A DNA stretch of 64,000 nt, taken from assembly GCF_036588685.1 (NCBI RefSeq), contig NC_086382.1, positions 56,296,001 through 56,360,000 of the forward strand. Reading direction: 5' to 3'. Below are positions 39,545 through 53,661 of the stretch, piece by piece (positions within the stretch are counted from its first letter, which is position 1; every line of letters starts with the position of its first letter). The stretch comes from Mytilus trossulus (lineage: Eukaryota). The position numbers were made by a program, and so were the translations under genes. The notes beneath the pieces were generated by a model. It was not told the DNA's origin. It worked only from the letters and a program-made list of their open reading frames with translations, and did not search any database.

Positions 39545-40160
39545 ATCAAATCAAAATATGTATAAAGACAAAAAAGTACAAAGTTGAATAGCAATTGAGG
39601 ATCCAAAATTCCAAAAAAAATTGCCAAATTTTATGCCTGGGATAACAAAATCCTAAAACTATAAACAGAAGATTGAGATTTTAATCTTATGTACCTTTGT
39701 AGATTTAATATATATGTTTTCTTATATCAGGAATATGTTTAAAATGAATATAATGTTTTATTTTTTCAATGTTGTGTGTTCAAAGCACTTTCTCTTTGAT
39801 ATCGTCTATATCTAATTTTATATTTTTTTTCGGCATTCAAAAACTATGAAAAATCTGCAACATCCAATAAACAATTAATCAATCAAAACGTGTATTTGAT
39901 ATTCACGAAAATCTGGGAAAAAGTTAATTTCCGAAGTAACATATTTTGCTGCTGTGTTGTGCCTTTAAAAAGAAAATAAGTTGTGTAAAATTATAAATTT
40001 AGTCGTTATAATTTTTTACAAATCGCTAAATCTCCCCATGAAAATGTTCATGTAAACAATCCATGGATAAAATTTCATTGTTTGTCCCTGGTTAGTGAGA
40101 AAACTGCCCCGGGGTGAGACATCATCGGTGATTATCACACACGAGCGCTTGTTATTATTA

Positions 40161-40226
40161 AGGCGGGGACTTAAAACACGGATTAACCAATCGAATAACG
40201 AATTTAAGTCCAATAGCACTATATAT
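40161..40226 (+). promoter_or_regulatory. Putative core promoter of the Olig-like gene
   Basis: GC box AGGCGGGG (40161), CCAAT (~40187 and ~40210), TATATAT (~40220), 80-150 nt upstream of the ATG. Confidence 0.45.
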
Positions 40227-40305
40227 GATTGATGAAATTTTATTAATATTATAAAATAATTAGATCTCAAGAAACTTACTTGAAAGTTAAGCAATCATTT
40301 CAAAA

Positions 40306-41103
40306 ATGGAAAAGGAAATATACGTCGACATAGAAGCCATTGAAGATGATGTTAGTGATGTTCATGACAATGTAGACTCATTTGAAAGCAGTAGTAGTTC
40401 CAGCAATCAGTCCTACAACTCCGAATCTTCATTGTCGAAATCTCGTGTACCTGAAGACATTCGCCTGAAAGTTAATAGCAGAGAACGACAAAGGATGCAT
40501 GATTTAAATTCGGCGCTAGATGGACTCAGGCAAGTGATGCCGTATTCTAATGCACCCACTGTAAAGAAACTGTCTAAAATGTCTACCTTATTACTGGCAA
40601 GAAATTATATTGTAATGCTAACACAGTCTATTGAAGAAATGAAGAAAATTGTGCAGGACCTTTCTCTGAAGAATAGTCATCGTGCCTCTATGTACAGTAA
40701 TGTTGGAAATAGTCGGTACTCGCCGTACAAATCTCCGTTCGTACCGCCTTACAGAGATGTTACAAACACTAATCATGGACTTAGCGCTGACAGCTTCGTG
40801 AATTCTGACAAAAATATATTGTTTCCAAGGCTACAGACATCAACACCGCTAGCAGATAAAACAAACACTAGAACACCAGCAAGTGTTCCACACAAATTTT
40901 CTGTTTCATCGTTACTGGATCATTCTTCAGACTCAAAATCGGAGTCACCATCTATCTGCTCGTCATCAACAACATTTTCACCGAAGATTTCCTCAAGTTT
41001 AAGTCGAAGTCACATTGAACATTCACTTTCAACCCCATGCTCTTGTGAAGCTTGTGTGTTACCACAAATATATTCCAAGCGTGAATGGAAGGCATTATTC
41101 TGA
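40306..41103 (+). CDS. Olig: Olig-family (Olig/bHLHe22-23) bHLH transcription factor, intronless
   Basis: [53 protein letters not shown] closely resembles the Olig2 bHLH; C-terminal PCSCEAC matches the Olig PC.C..C motif. Confidence 0.92.
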   Translation: MEKEIYVDIEAIEDDVSDVHDNVDSFESSSSSSNQSYNSESSLSKSRVPEDIRLKVNSRERQRMHDLNSALDGLRQVMPYSNAPTVKKLSKMSTLLLARNYIVMLTQSIEEMKKIVQDLSLKNSHRASMYSNVGNSRYSPYKSPFVPPYRDVTNTNHGLSADSFVNSDKNILFPRLQTSTPLADKTNTRTPASVPHKFSVSSLLDHSSDSKSESPSICSSSTTFSPKISSSLSRSHIEHSLSTPCSCEACVLPQIYSKREWKALF

Positions 41104-41899
41104 ACAGTATAGTACAATCTTGAACTTCATATTTTATCTGTGATAATTGTAACATATAATTGTATATACCAATGTGCATTCGCCTGCTTTATATGAGCAT
41201 TAAATGTTGTGCTAAGTTATATTGTTTTGTTTTAATTTGATATATAACAAGCAATTTTGATATTGCAAGGTAAACGGTCTTGACACAATTAAGTTTTCTT
41301 GCATCCTGAAGAAAGTACAACCATGTGTTTCATTGAAAAAACTATGGACTTTCTAATTGTTAACCTGCCCTGCATGTTGTTCGAAATATTAGTTCGAGTT
41401 TGTGTATAAAGATGAATTATTTATTCTACATAGTACAATGTATGTGTTCTTCTATCCCAGCTTATTTGATTGATTGAATCATCACACTTGTTGAAGCATT
41501 AAAGAGTTGTAAACATTTCTATGATAGCTTACTGGAGAACATCTCAATTTACTGGTCTATCAAAACACCCTTTTCAGGCAATGGTTATATGGTTTTCAAG
41601 TGAGGACGATATCCATACTTACTTTTTGAATATAACTCTTGCGTGCGTGCATTGAATTACACATCTTATTGTCTTAGGTAGCCACAGATCCTTTAGGCTT
41701 GCAAACTACAACCAATAATGTCAAACTGCTAACGAAGTGCAAGAGCAAAAACTCTACCATCAAAACAACATTTTATCTAACACCGAAAAACATATTACGG
41801 ATAACGAACTTAGTCGTATTAGGCACAACTTTTTTGAATTTTGGATACTCAATGCTCTTTAACTTGTACTTGTTTGGCTTTAGAACTATTTTAATCAGA

Positions 41900-41943
41900 G
41901 CGTTACTGGTGAGTCTTATGTGGACGAAACGAGCGTCTGGCGT
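41900..41943 (+). ncRNA. Minimal type I hammerhead motif with a mutated core (CTGATGA>CTGGTGA), inside a repeat at ~41808-41980
   Basis: GCGTTA-CTGGTGA-GTCTtatgtGGAC-GAAA-CGAGCG-TC-TGGCGT; flanks are homologous to 38365-38545. Confidence 0.65.
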
Positions 41944-43397
41944 ACTAAATTATAATCCTAGTACCTCTGAGAACTATTAACCACATTTTCTGACACCCAA
42001 AGGCCATGCCAGTAAACACAGTAACAGGCGCTGTTTTATTTGACTGCTGTCTGGTTGACGTATATCTATACTAACAGTTTTAATTTATTCATTTGTGCCA
42101 GAAAAGTTTTTGTTTATGTTATCGAGGGCATTACTTATTCCATTCATGATGCCATTTCAAAAAGTTCATTTTTTGAAAGCAATATACACACCTACCCTAT
42201 AAATCCCTTTAATCAACAAAACTAAACTTAAATATAAACAAGCTGGATCAAGTCTACTAGTGGAGGTATTAGCAGATCGTTTTAAACCTAGAAGACAGTG
42301 CAACTGTCAATGAATGCACCACACTATACTTTACGAAATCATTAGTCTTGCCAATAAGGAAACCTTTAGTCTAAATATCGTCATATGAAGATCAGAAAAA
42401 AACACGCATCCACGCAAGCAAACTTTACAAGAATATATGGTATGATTGCCATGAGACAACACTCCATCAGAGATCAAGTGACGTAGAAGTGAACAAATTT
42501 CAAATTAGATCACCGTATAACCTTCCTAAATGATCAAAACCCACAGTGCACAACAAGCTATATACAAGCCCCGTAATAACGAAGGTAATAGAATTCAAAC
42601 TATAATACTTCCGAACTGAATTGAGGAATAAAAAACAAAAACAAATTACAACTGTATATGATAAACAACGACCAACCACAACCACTGCATCACAGGCTCA
42701 GGACTTGGAAAAACCACATACAAAAATAGGCGGTGATAAACTTGTTAGCGGGCGCCCAATCCTCTCTTAACTATAAGCTGATACAATGGTGCAATTATGA
42801 ATAAAACAACACACAACCAAATTGTTCAAGACAATTAACAAAAAACAAATTAACAAAAACAATCAAAAACCAAGGTTCCTGACTTGGTATGTGTACATAA
42901 ATAATGTGCAGGTTTCCAATTGACAATGGTTATGATATAAACTGGTAAAACATGCAAGATTATACAAGTATTGAAATGACATGTACCTGGAAGACAACGT
43001 TTTATGTGAGACAGCAATCCAGAATCGAAGAAACAGCATCTGCAGTGTTTTTTCAAGCTTCTCCTGTGTATGAAACGACTCGCTATTGCTGTTTTTCATC
43101 TTCCCAGAATGCAGAAAAAGACCTGCTATTGCTGTTTCTCATATGTATGAAACGATCAGTCTTTGCTGTTTTTCTTATCCATAGAAAGTCTTCATCTTTA
43201 ACTGTCTAACCCAACATACATATTGATTATGTTGATATTTTAATTTAAGCTATCTCAGTCATTTGAAAATCTGTAATATTTTCTACATCTTTGTTAAAGC
43301 TAGGACGGGAGTTTCAAAATAGATCTGAGATGTAGCATCTAGTAGAAATATCAAATTTGAAATAAAAACGCAATTAATCAGCATTCGTCTGAATTCA

Positions 43398-43650
43398 ATT
43401 CAAACATTTATTTATAGTGGATAGGAAAACAAGTTTGAAATTTGCAGGTGCGAGTACTGCCTTTTAGCGGCATTAGACTGCTCCTTTTGCGAAATCTACA
43501 AGGATGTCTTTAGCTAGCAAGAGATATTGCTCTCTCTTATCACGGGTCAGCCATTTATCGTCCCCTTCCGACGGACTATCATCGTTGCTCAGGACCATAC
43601 TCGCAAATGGTGTCAAGGGAGAGCCGAAAATTAAGTTTCTGAAACTAGGA
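43398..43650 (-). mobile_element. 5'-truncated copy of the tRNA-derived SINE at 48631-48992
   Basis: Shares cacgggtcagccatttatcgtcccc.tccgacggactatcatcgtt and the tail. Confidence 0.8.
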
Positions 43651-45799
43651 AACTCAGTGTTTGACGGCTCTCTTTATTTTAATTTAAATAAATACAGCTG
43701 CTATCACATTGACGTAAATCCTTCATCTCTATTTATTCGCATTATTTCAGTTCGTCTTATGTAAATTCATAATTCTTATACAATGTAAAATGTATACGCC
43801 AGGATTGTCTCGAAAACAAGCTCGGGTACAAACTTTCCTTTGAACCGCCGTATGTGTACAGTGTCTTGTACTATTTGAGTATTACATATTGTATATATGA
43901 TACATATGTATTTCTCTGTATACTATTCAAAATGATGTCATTTTGAGATATTTCTCTTTACCTTCAACACAGGTGCGTTCAAAAAGTGGTCTTTCGGCTT
44001 GCTGAAATACGTCTTGATAAATACGACATTATAACAAAGTATACAAAAAGTCATCTTATTTTTACACTCCGAAACTGAATATTATGAGTTTATGTTTAAT
44101 GTGTTTTTGGGGTATTATATTTGTAAAGTGTTTTTTTTTCTCCATGTAAATCAATCATTTCAACCGCTGAACAGTAAATATTTTTCTTAAAAAAATCCCA
44201 CTAAAATTTAGCTAAAATATATGAATTTTTATGGGAAAACAGCTGTTTAAACTTATGCGCAAAAATATTTTAAACAATCAACTATAATTTGATTTTTTCT
44301 AAACCACCGTTATTCAGTTTAAGAAATTAGTATGTGTCAAAAGATAACAATTTAAAGTCAATCTTTAATGACAAACAAATCTCAAAGGGCGTCTGTAACA
44401 AGATGAACTCAACACTTCGACACATGTTCAGAAAAAAAATTCGGTAGGTATTAGATTTAAAGAAAATCAAAATAATTGTTTGTGACTTTAAAAAAAAATC
44501 TTGAGTTGGACAATGAATTAAAAATCGAAGAAGCATTAGCGATATGCCAAATATTGTATTCATAATATTAAATATTTTCCAAGCATAGTAATTTAAAAAA
44601 GTAGCTATTTTTGTGTACAAAAAATTGGAAGTATACAGTGTATTTTAAAATATTTATATATTATGAACTTTTAGTTTGAATGATTTTAAATGGTACATAA
44701 ATTTTGCTTTTAAAGTCTTTTGCATCGAATATGAAATTAACAATTTTGTTCCAGAAAACTTCAGCCGAATATGTCAGTATTAAAAGCATTAGTATTCGAT
44801 GGTTTAAATAAAGTATATAAGGGGACTATAATTACAAAGTAACCCGCTTGTTTATAAGATAAATATGAGACTAACTTTTCACAGGTTCTATTACAATTGA
44901 TTCAATACAAATCTTTGTTTTGACATTACAAATCAACGAAGCATTATTCAATACAAATTGACAGTTTTGCTATTAGATCAAATATGGGATTTGTGCCATC
45001 ACGTATTCAACTCGCCTGTCATCCTGATCTCGTCAGACGTTTACAGTCCACGAGATTAACAAACAAGAGCAGACGATATGTTGCCGAACGTCATCACCCT
45101 TCATTTACACCCGAATGAACGTTGCTCTTTAACCACCCAGATAATTATGGTTTAACAGATGTACAAAAAGGCGGATAGAATTAAATATAATTTTCAATAG
45201 AATTACAAATTAAAGATCAGAGACCATGTGTAATTATTACACGACCCCATCTCCATGTCCATTAACGAAAATGTAATACAGTTTATTTTTAAACATATGG
45301 CTATCTTTAATATGATACAATCGGGACAATCTTTGAAAAGTGTTTAAAAGACAGTTTGTTAAATAAAACAAAGGAAAGACAGATTTCTGTTTGAAAAATA
45401 AATATATAAATTGGTTATAAAATCTCGAACTAGTAAAACGCATCATAACTGTAAGCATAACAGACTTTTACTTAAAGACAAAAAGGTACCATTTGCAAAT
45501 TTTGCGGCAATCTTACTTTGGACGATAAAATAACAGTTTTGGTAGCATGGTCCTGTATATCAATGCAAATAGTTCTAGCTTGGCAATAATGTCCGGTTAC
45601 TATGGCTATGATATTATATATCTACGCATGGTTTTATACAAAGTACCGTAGACTAATATATCAAAAATTAAACCGTGAAACTACCCCTTTAAAGGGGCAA
45701 TGCACAAAAACTGCTGGAGCACATACAATCTTATTCCCTCTCTTTGACGGATAGTAGCTATTTTCTTAAAGCTCCCCTTTACACAATACTAATTCATCT

Positions 45800-46270
45800 C
45801 AATCAAAGGACTGATTGAAAAAGTGTAAAACTTTATTTCACAAGGAGAAAGGCAGCTCCATTATACAGTGTTTATGTACCCCAACTGCTTCGTTATGCCC
45901 GTGTGTGTAGTAATGTCATATATTTTAGCGAAAGTACTTAATGTATCACTGGTAAATTATTAAACCAATGATTGCGTTACCATAGATTACTTCAAACTAT
46001 TTTTTTTATTAGATACATGTACATATACAAAGATTTGATTACTGAATTTGGCTATACCTGTAGAAAACGTACTAAAAGCGGTATTTCACATCATAAATGT
46101 TACGGCAATATTGTATCTAAAGAGCAGAAATCATTATAGTGTGATCTGTGTATACTCAACTCATCGAATCTTTAAACAAACTTAATATTAGTAAAGATTA
46201 TCTTACCAATGTTGTAACTTAATCTTTGAATAAAGGTTAAATTAGCCCAAATATCGAATTTGTCATCAGC
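45800..46270 (+). pseudogene. Decayed Penelope-like RT C-terminal fragment related to 37065-37560
   Basis: Fragments VYVPQLLRYARVCSNV, ITGKLLNQ*LRYHRLLQT and GISHHKCYGNIVSKEQK align with the 37065 ORF; contains stops and indels. Confidence 0.7.
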
Positions 46271-47200
46271 AAATTAAAATATAACTAAATTTGTTTTCTT
46301 TTCAAGCGGGATGCATAGAGACCCATCCACGCTCATTTTTTTCAATCAAGAAGTTAACTCCTAACTATCCTACAAGTCTTGGATGCGTGAGTTTCAGTTT
46401 TATTATTAATTGTTTTTGGCATTTAGCTGTCAGTAACTGCGAGTACTCTTTAATCGTATTCTCTTGTTAATTTGACCTGTTAATACTATTTGTAATGCTT
46501 TTTTGCTTTTTTAATGTTTACTTATTCAGGCTTATATCTTGTCTATATATCAGCTTTGGTAAATGTTTGCTGTTTTTCACTCACTCGTACTATGAACAAC
46601 AAACTTATTTCATTTTTAACCTTTATATGCAAATACACTCAAGAACTTTATATTTCCAGTATAAAAGGTGGGAATGTAAAACAAATATACTAAGTATATC
46701 AAATAGCTTGTAATTCTTATGGAAACGGGAAATGTTGCGGTTATCTATCTTTGCATGGATCGAATATTGCCACTCATGAATATAATAATTGCATACGACT
46801 TCAATTTCATGCTCCTTTCTTAATAAGTGATAATGTGATACACCCGCTGCAATTGTTTGCACCTAAGTCGGGAATCTGATGTTCAGTAGTTGTCGTTTTT
46901 GATGTGGTTCATACGTGTTTCTATTTTTTTTTATATAGATTAGACCGTTGGTTTCCTATTTTTTTCACTAGTCAATTTTGTGGCCCTTTATTGCAAGGGT
47001 TGTTGGAACAAATGATGTTTCATTTGCCAGCAAATACTGGTATCTTTGATAACTATTTTAACAGTCATTCCACGATTCAGTATTAGATAATATATAAGAT
47101 CTCGTCATGTACCTATGAATGCAATTACACTCGAGAACTTTAAAATATCTCTAGCAAAGGTCTAAGAAAATGCTGAAAGATAAATATAGCAAATATGATT

Positions 47201-48103
47201 AGACGTTACGCGCGATGTTCGTACCTCATTTGAAAATCGGTGTAGTTGACATAATGCAAGTCCAAAATATTTTATTTTGTGATATCATATTCATTGCTAT
47301 TGTACGCATTTTGAACAAAAATGTTTTTTTTTAAATAAAAAAGAAAAATATTTGTTGAAACTATGTTTTATGCTGCATGCGACAAGCTTCAGTTTCGAAA
47401 AACGGCTATTTTTAGGCTGTCCCGCGTAACATATTTTATTAATTGTAACCACTAAACTGTGATTTTCTTCTAAACTATTTAATATTTTGAAAAACGGTTT
47501 TTTCCCATTATTTAACAAAGAGGTTCCTTCATTTTTTATGCATTTTATATGACGTTTTGATGACGTCATAGAAAAAATAAAGTGTTTCATACTACAAGGG
47601 CAAATCTGTCCCACGGGAGAAAAAAAATGGTATTCCAGATTTGAGAATCAAAAACATTTATCTAAAAGGAAAAAGGTTAGTATGTGTATTTACTTCATCA
47701 ATGTTATTTTGCTTAATTTTATGAATTTAAAAACAAATATCCTGAAAAATGATATATGGTAATTTATGAGCGATTTTTCAAAGGCTTACAAGGTTGTCGC
47801 ACCGCCATTTTTTGACGTAAAAACGAACTCAACTCAAATTTACGTCAATTGTTTGCTTATCAGAGCTCTTATAATGGTAGAATTTTATCATTTTTCAAAA
47901 TGTTGTTTTTCTTAATTTTTCAAAAATCTAAAGTACATCAATTTTCGATAAGTAGTTAAAACGCGTCGTCGATTTTGCGGAGTCTTACAAGAATGTCGCA
48001 CATGCTTAAAACCAACGTTTCAGTCGAAGTTTCGGTTTGAACGTTACGAAATATTCGCGACGTTATGTTACGCTTACATGTACGAACATCGCGCGTAACG
48101 TCT
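47201..48103. mobile_element. ~900-bp non-autonomous DNA transposon with perfect 24-bp TIRs
   Basis: agacgttacgcgcgatgttcgtac / gtacgaacatcgcgcgtaacgtct; TSD ambiguous. Confidence 0.8.
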
Positions 48104-48630
48104 GATACTTGTGTTGTGATTATTCTGGCTTGTATATTTTATCTAGAATAGTCAGAGAAATGAAACGGGAAATGGTGTGGTTATCTCTCTTTGGATACGA
48201 ATATTGCCATTAATAAATATCATCGGACTTATAGTAATATTGTTATAATGAACTTTGCAGTTTAGAACACTTCCTGCATGTTTCATCATCGAGTCAAATT
48301 GAATATCAAAGTAATGCTATACGAAATAACTAAACTAACGACAGGGATATTTCCTCGGATTGTGCAGCTGGGCAAACGAACTCAATTTACTGCTCCTCTC
48401 TTTATCAGTTATACACTAACTAATTAGTTGTTATTGGCTTGGAAATAACTGTCAGTAAATGCGCGTTTTCGTAGACTTGTACTTAGCAGGATGGACTTTG
48501 TTCATTGTTGAAGGCCGTTCTGTTATTGATTTTAAAGTTCCCCTCACTAAAATCAACCAACAAGTTTAGATAAAACATGACCAATTGTCTTTTATAGCAA
48601 CGAGATCTGGTATTTCAAGATACTTAAATT

Positions 48631-48992
48631 AGTTTAAACATATTTATTTATAGTGGAGTGGGAAACAAGTTTTTGCAACTTATATTAATCCCTCTCCACT
48701 TTGCGGGTGCGAGTGCTGCCTTGTAGCGGCATATTAGCCTACTCTTTTTCGAAATCTACAAGGGTGTCTTTAACGTGCAAGAGATGTGGCTCTCTCTTAA
48801 CACGGGTCAGCCATTTATCGTCCCCGTCCGACGGACTATCATCGTTTCCTCAAGACCATAATCGCAAATGGTGTCAAGGTAATGACAAGGGAGAGCCGAA
48901 AATTGAGTTCCAGAAATTTTCATCCCAAACGGGAATCGAACTAGGAACCTTTGTGTTAGTAGTCCGATGCACTAACCACTACACCACGGCTC
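48631..48992 (-). mobile_element. Full-length tRNA-derived SINE (V/Meta-domain-like core)
   Basis: Head GAGCCGTGGTGTAGTGGTT (A box)...AGTTCGATTCCC (B box); core GTCCGTCGGACGGGGACGATAAA...GCACGTTAAAGACACCC; AATAAA tail. Confidence 0.8.
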
Positions 48993-51900
48993 TCACGATA
49001 TTTAAATAAAATAATATCTCGTCTAGAAACAATACAATATACATGTATAATATCAGCTGAAATTTGATGAGAATCATTAATGATCTTAAAATCTGCAGTA
49101 GATTTCTATGTACTAGTACACGTTGAAGATTCAACGGATTATCTTCTGCGTGAAACCTACTGCAATCTTATAGGCAAATCTCAGACTGGCGGATTTGAAT
49201 AAAATTATCTACTGATCTAGATTATTAAGGGAAAGGTTGAGATGCTGAGAATGTTTGTTATACTCTAAAGACGTCTAAATTATCAAGAATCAAAACATTC
49301 TGTTGAAAAGAAGCGGTAAAGGTACAATTTTGTATCAATTTTTATTGATATTTCTCCCTTTTTTGCAGAGTTAACTCCCATTTCAATGAAAATCTCCGTA
49401 GGAATGTTTAAATCATGATTTTCCAAAAGTTGGATTTTGCTGGACTTTTTTCTGTGTATAATGCTAAAGATTAAAACGTAAAAATCTTCCGTTGCAATAT
49501 CTTCAAGGTTAAGATAAAAGTTATGCTAGATTGACTGGACTAATATGTCTTTCCCAAACCTAGACACTCATTCACAGATTCGTCATTTGGAGAATGTGTT
49601 GTTAACGGATAATCTTTAAATGTTTCTTTTAAGTTCAATTACACATTTTATAGACTCTGAACGATTTAGAGCTTGAGATTGTATAAACACTTGTCAGTTG
49701 TAGCAGTCAGAGTGTATGTTGCCTTTTCGGTGACTTTTGATTATTAATTTTTCGTCAGGTTTCATCCCGAATGGGCTAAATTTCAAGACCTACCTATTGT
49801 ATTTATTGTTAGTTCGTTCTCGTTCTAAACATGCATGAAATAAAAATTTCCATTCTCAATTTTATGTAGTATTTGCCCCTGAATGTTAAGCAACAATCGA
49901 ATGAATGACTTAATAATTCTAAGTAGTATGTTTCATGTTGAATTAGAAAATTCATGTCACTGGACACCTCTGTTCTGGTTATTTTTTTGATAATAAAATA
50001 AAATTACCTAAACTAATTGGCTTCTTGTTATTTATATGTTATATATGACCAATAATGGTTTACTTTTTTTAAATTGTTATTTGGATGGAGAGTTGTCTCA
50101 TTGGCACTCACACCACATCTTCCTATATCTATGACCCCCTTTCCATGTATATATGCAGCTCCTCGTGCAGGTGTTATATACTTATTGGTCTGATTGTTTA
50201 CGAAGAAGATAAAACCAAAAATATGAATCTCACAACCTCATGCACACATGACCTGTAAACACTCATCAATGACCAATAATAGATGATAAAATCACAAATA
50301 TTTGGATAAATGTCTCATCGGCAATCAATCAAACCACCTTTTCGAATTTTATATTAAAGTCTGTCTATGTAGATTGTATTGAACATACAGTTCAATCATG
50401 AACACATAAAAACATGTTCTGTTCATAATCTCCCCATTAAGATATTTCTGTCCCTCAGTTGTCTTTCTTTTGTCGCCTTAAATGCGGTTTCATGTTAAAA
50501 TGTACATAAGTCTTTTTGTTCAATGCACCTTCAAAAGTATGCTCTAGATTTAGCTTTTAACTAGCTGTTAGTTACTGCGAGTACTTTAAGATCTAAGATC
50601 TATATTTTGTGTGTTTTGTGTTGAGGGGATGTATGAATACCCTGGCACGTCTGGTCTTTATTTTGTTTTGTTTCTATGATGTTATACTGTTGGCTTGTGC
50701 CGTTGCACCATTGTCCCAGGGCTAGTGAATTCAAACATGATTTACCCCGCCTTTTTATTTGTGTGTTAGTTCTTAGTCAAGAGTAGTTCAATGATTGTCG
50801 TTGGTTCATGTCTGTCATACAATTTATTTTTATAAATTAGGCGTGACTTTTATCAATGTATACGACTCTCTTAACATATAATTTTAGTTAATTCTTATCA
50901 AATTGTCAAGCTTCCGCAATATGCTCAAACTTCCGTGGTACCTTATATTATCCTTTTTTGTGGGGTTCATGTTGCTCAGTCATTAGTTTTGTATGTTGTG
51001 CTTCGTATACTTATGTTTATCTTTGGTCTTTTTTCGGGTTTTGCGGCCATGGCATTGTCAGTTTATTTTGGGATAACGAGTTCAAATGTCCCTTTAGTAT
51101 CTTTCGCCTCTGTTGTCTTTGCTGATTGCATCTATCGCACTGAATTTGTATTAAATAATACCACAGACAATGATAGGTGTACTTTATCTTGCACAAAGAA
51201 ATTGAACTCTTTGGCAGATTATGAACTGAGTTGTAATGGAACATAGATTTTTTGTTTTCCGATTGTGAACTCTCACGCAGTTGACCCTTTTAAAGATGAT
51301 AAACATAACAATGAGAAATCAGTTAGAGAACTTCTATGAAAGTTTACCAAATTGTATTTTTGTTTGGTAAGAGACCGCTAAATGGCAAAACTATTAAAAA
51401 AAATGGTTTGCGTTATCTGACTGAGAAGCACACTTTTTTCATGAGAAAGTGCTTTCCCGAAGTGGCGCATTATAAAGATTTATAATCAGACGTATTGGAA
51501 AGAAAACAGGTATATCTCGTCTTCTCAGCTACCAGATTTCCAGAGATCAAAACACTTTTCTTTATTCACGTAACATATGAAAAACAACAAGTTTATGACC
51601 TTTATAGTCATATCTATGAAGGATGTTTAATTGTTTCCGCTGTACATAACCAATTTTCTTGACAGTTATGTCATTTTTTGTAAGGTTAAAATGTTGACTG
51701 AATGAAAAATACGAATGAACCGAATTGTATATATTATAATGCAAATAATTAAACGAGTTTGCAAAGTTAAAATGCGAATCATTTATAGGACGGTGCGGAA
51801 GGTCATTTATGTCTTAAGCTGACAAAGGCTAAAATCTACAATCGATGGTCTCAATTTCTTGACCCTATATAAAAATTAAAACACACAAATTCTTTTAACG

Positions 51901-53594
51901 TGCAATTAAAGTCATTAATTTAACTTCCGTTAATTGTCAATATATATAAGGATTGAGTTTTTTCAGTACCTTTTTATAGGAACCCTGCTAATCCCTTAAT
52001 GGTAAAATGAGCTATTTTCAGCACTCAGCATCCATCGTCCGAAATTAAATTGTGTACAAAACCTTCTTTTTAATTACCGGGACAATTGGAATCTACTCAT
52101 CATTGTGTACCCAGTGATCCGGTTTTTCAAATTAACATGGTCGACATGACTTAGAATAGCACATAAGAAAAAAATGCAAGATTTTAATTTTATCTGGAAA
52201 ACATATACATATAATAATATTGATAGAACAAATATGATACTGGCAGATATGTTCCAAATGATGAGCGCTACCTCCTGTATATCTAAATCAAAAATGTCTG
52301 ACGACTTTTTATTGGAGTTATTACCCTAAGGATAGGGTAGAGTAATAAGTAGACTACTAGCAAGTCACAATGTTTGGTAAAATTATGCAATTGCTGAATT
52401 CAAAACCATCAAATCTCCAATAAAAAATCATTTTTTTTTATACATATATTTTCATTTAACTTTCTTTATAAAACAATCATACAGTCACCAACTTCGCTTT
52501 TATTTGAATACCATAACTTAATTGTTGTGTAAACACGTCAAAAACGTTGACTTATTTCGATGTTTTGTCATGTGTTTTTACCTTAAACACCAAGTTGAAT
52601 AATATGCACCCTTAGTCGATTTAGAACTAGATTTTTCATTAGAGAAACATACGACAAAGTCATGTCCTAGTGCATATTAAATTTCATTAACGCAGGTCCT
52701 GCTTATGCATATTATCCCTATTTCAAAACTTAATTTAATGAGCTTACTGGTATGAAAATATTTGTGCTTAATGTGTTGTATGTTTGTACACCTAACTTAC
52801 AAAGAAGTGCTTTAAATTATAATAGGTAAAACTAGTATGATTTCTTTCGCATAGTTGTTTTCGTTTTTGGATTGCTGTCTCGTTAAAAATTACTTCTTTC
52901 ATGAATATATCATTTATTTTTATATTATATGAATTTAACCTCATAATTTTCTTTTTCAATATTTCAACTTTTAGATTTTGAAATTTTCCTTTTCTGTATA
53001 TCTAACTTAAGTTATTATTTTGAAATAAAATGTATAAATTGGAACTGTCAACTGATTATGTGAATAGATGCACCTAGATATATCGTTCCTAAGTAACTAA
53101 ATGTTTAGAGTCAGCACGCACACCGAAGGTTTTATATTTTAAATGATCATTTGTTATCTTTTTTTTCTTGGAATTGACAATATATTTCCTGGTTAGTGGA
53201 AACTCTGGGTTAAACTTTGTGGTCATTGTGGTTTTAACGTCCAAGGAACTGCATACCGCTGCATTGAAGAGTTGTAGCGCTCCCAGTTTTTAATTGAAAA
53301 AAAAACATAATTTCCTCGTGCACCTTTTTCATTTTTTCCAGTTCTGAAATTAATTAAGTACTTTGTATTTATTATATTGTTTTTTGTTTTTGCATATTAT
53401 AATGTAAAAATAAACTATATGTACTCTGCATGATGTCAAGGCATTGAACAAATAATCGTTTTTGTGACGTAACTTTTGTTATTTAACATGGCCTTAACAC
53501 TTAGGAGTAATACATCACTGTATAACGTACAAATAAAAGAACGAATCAAAATCGTTGTTACAAATCGGTAGTAGTTAATTTCCTCGTTTATGCA

Positions 53595-53602
53595 TATATA
53601 AA
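53595..53602 (+). promoter_or_regulatory. TATA box of cystine-knot gene A
   Basis: TATATAAA 67 nt upstream of the ATG; similar spacing in paralog B. Confidence 0.55.
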
Positions 53603-53661
53603 TATCAAAATTTTCTAGTTTAGAAATCAGATTTAATTTTGACTTGATAAAAGAAATTATA

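Larger units (their letters stand above)
37692..39917. repeat. Direct tandem duplication, 1,113-bp unit (37692-38804 and 38805-39917)
   Basis: Copies appear identical by eye and give identical ORF-track translations; AAA microhomology at the junction. Confidence 0.95.

Noticed and set aside
48930-48992. tRNA gene
   Set aside because: A and B boxes are present but the sequence continues into a SINE body that has a second copy at 43398; no convincing acceptor stem.
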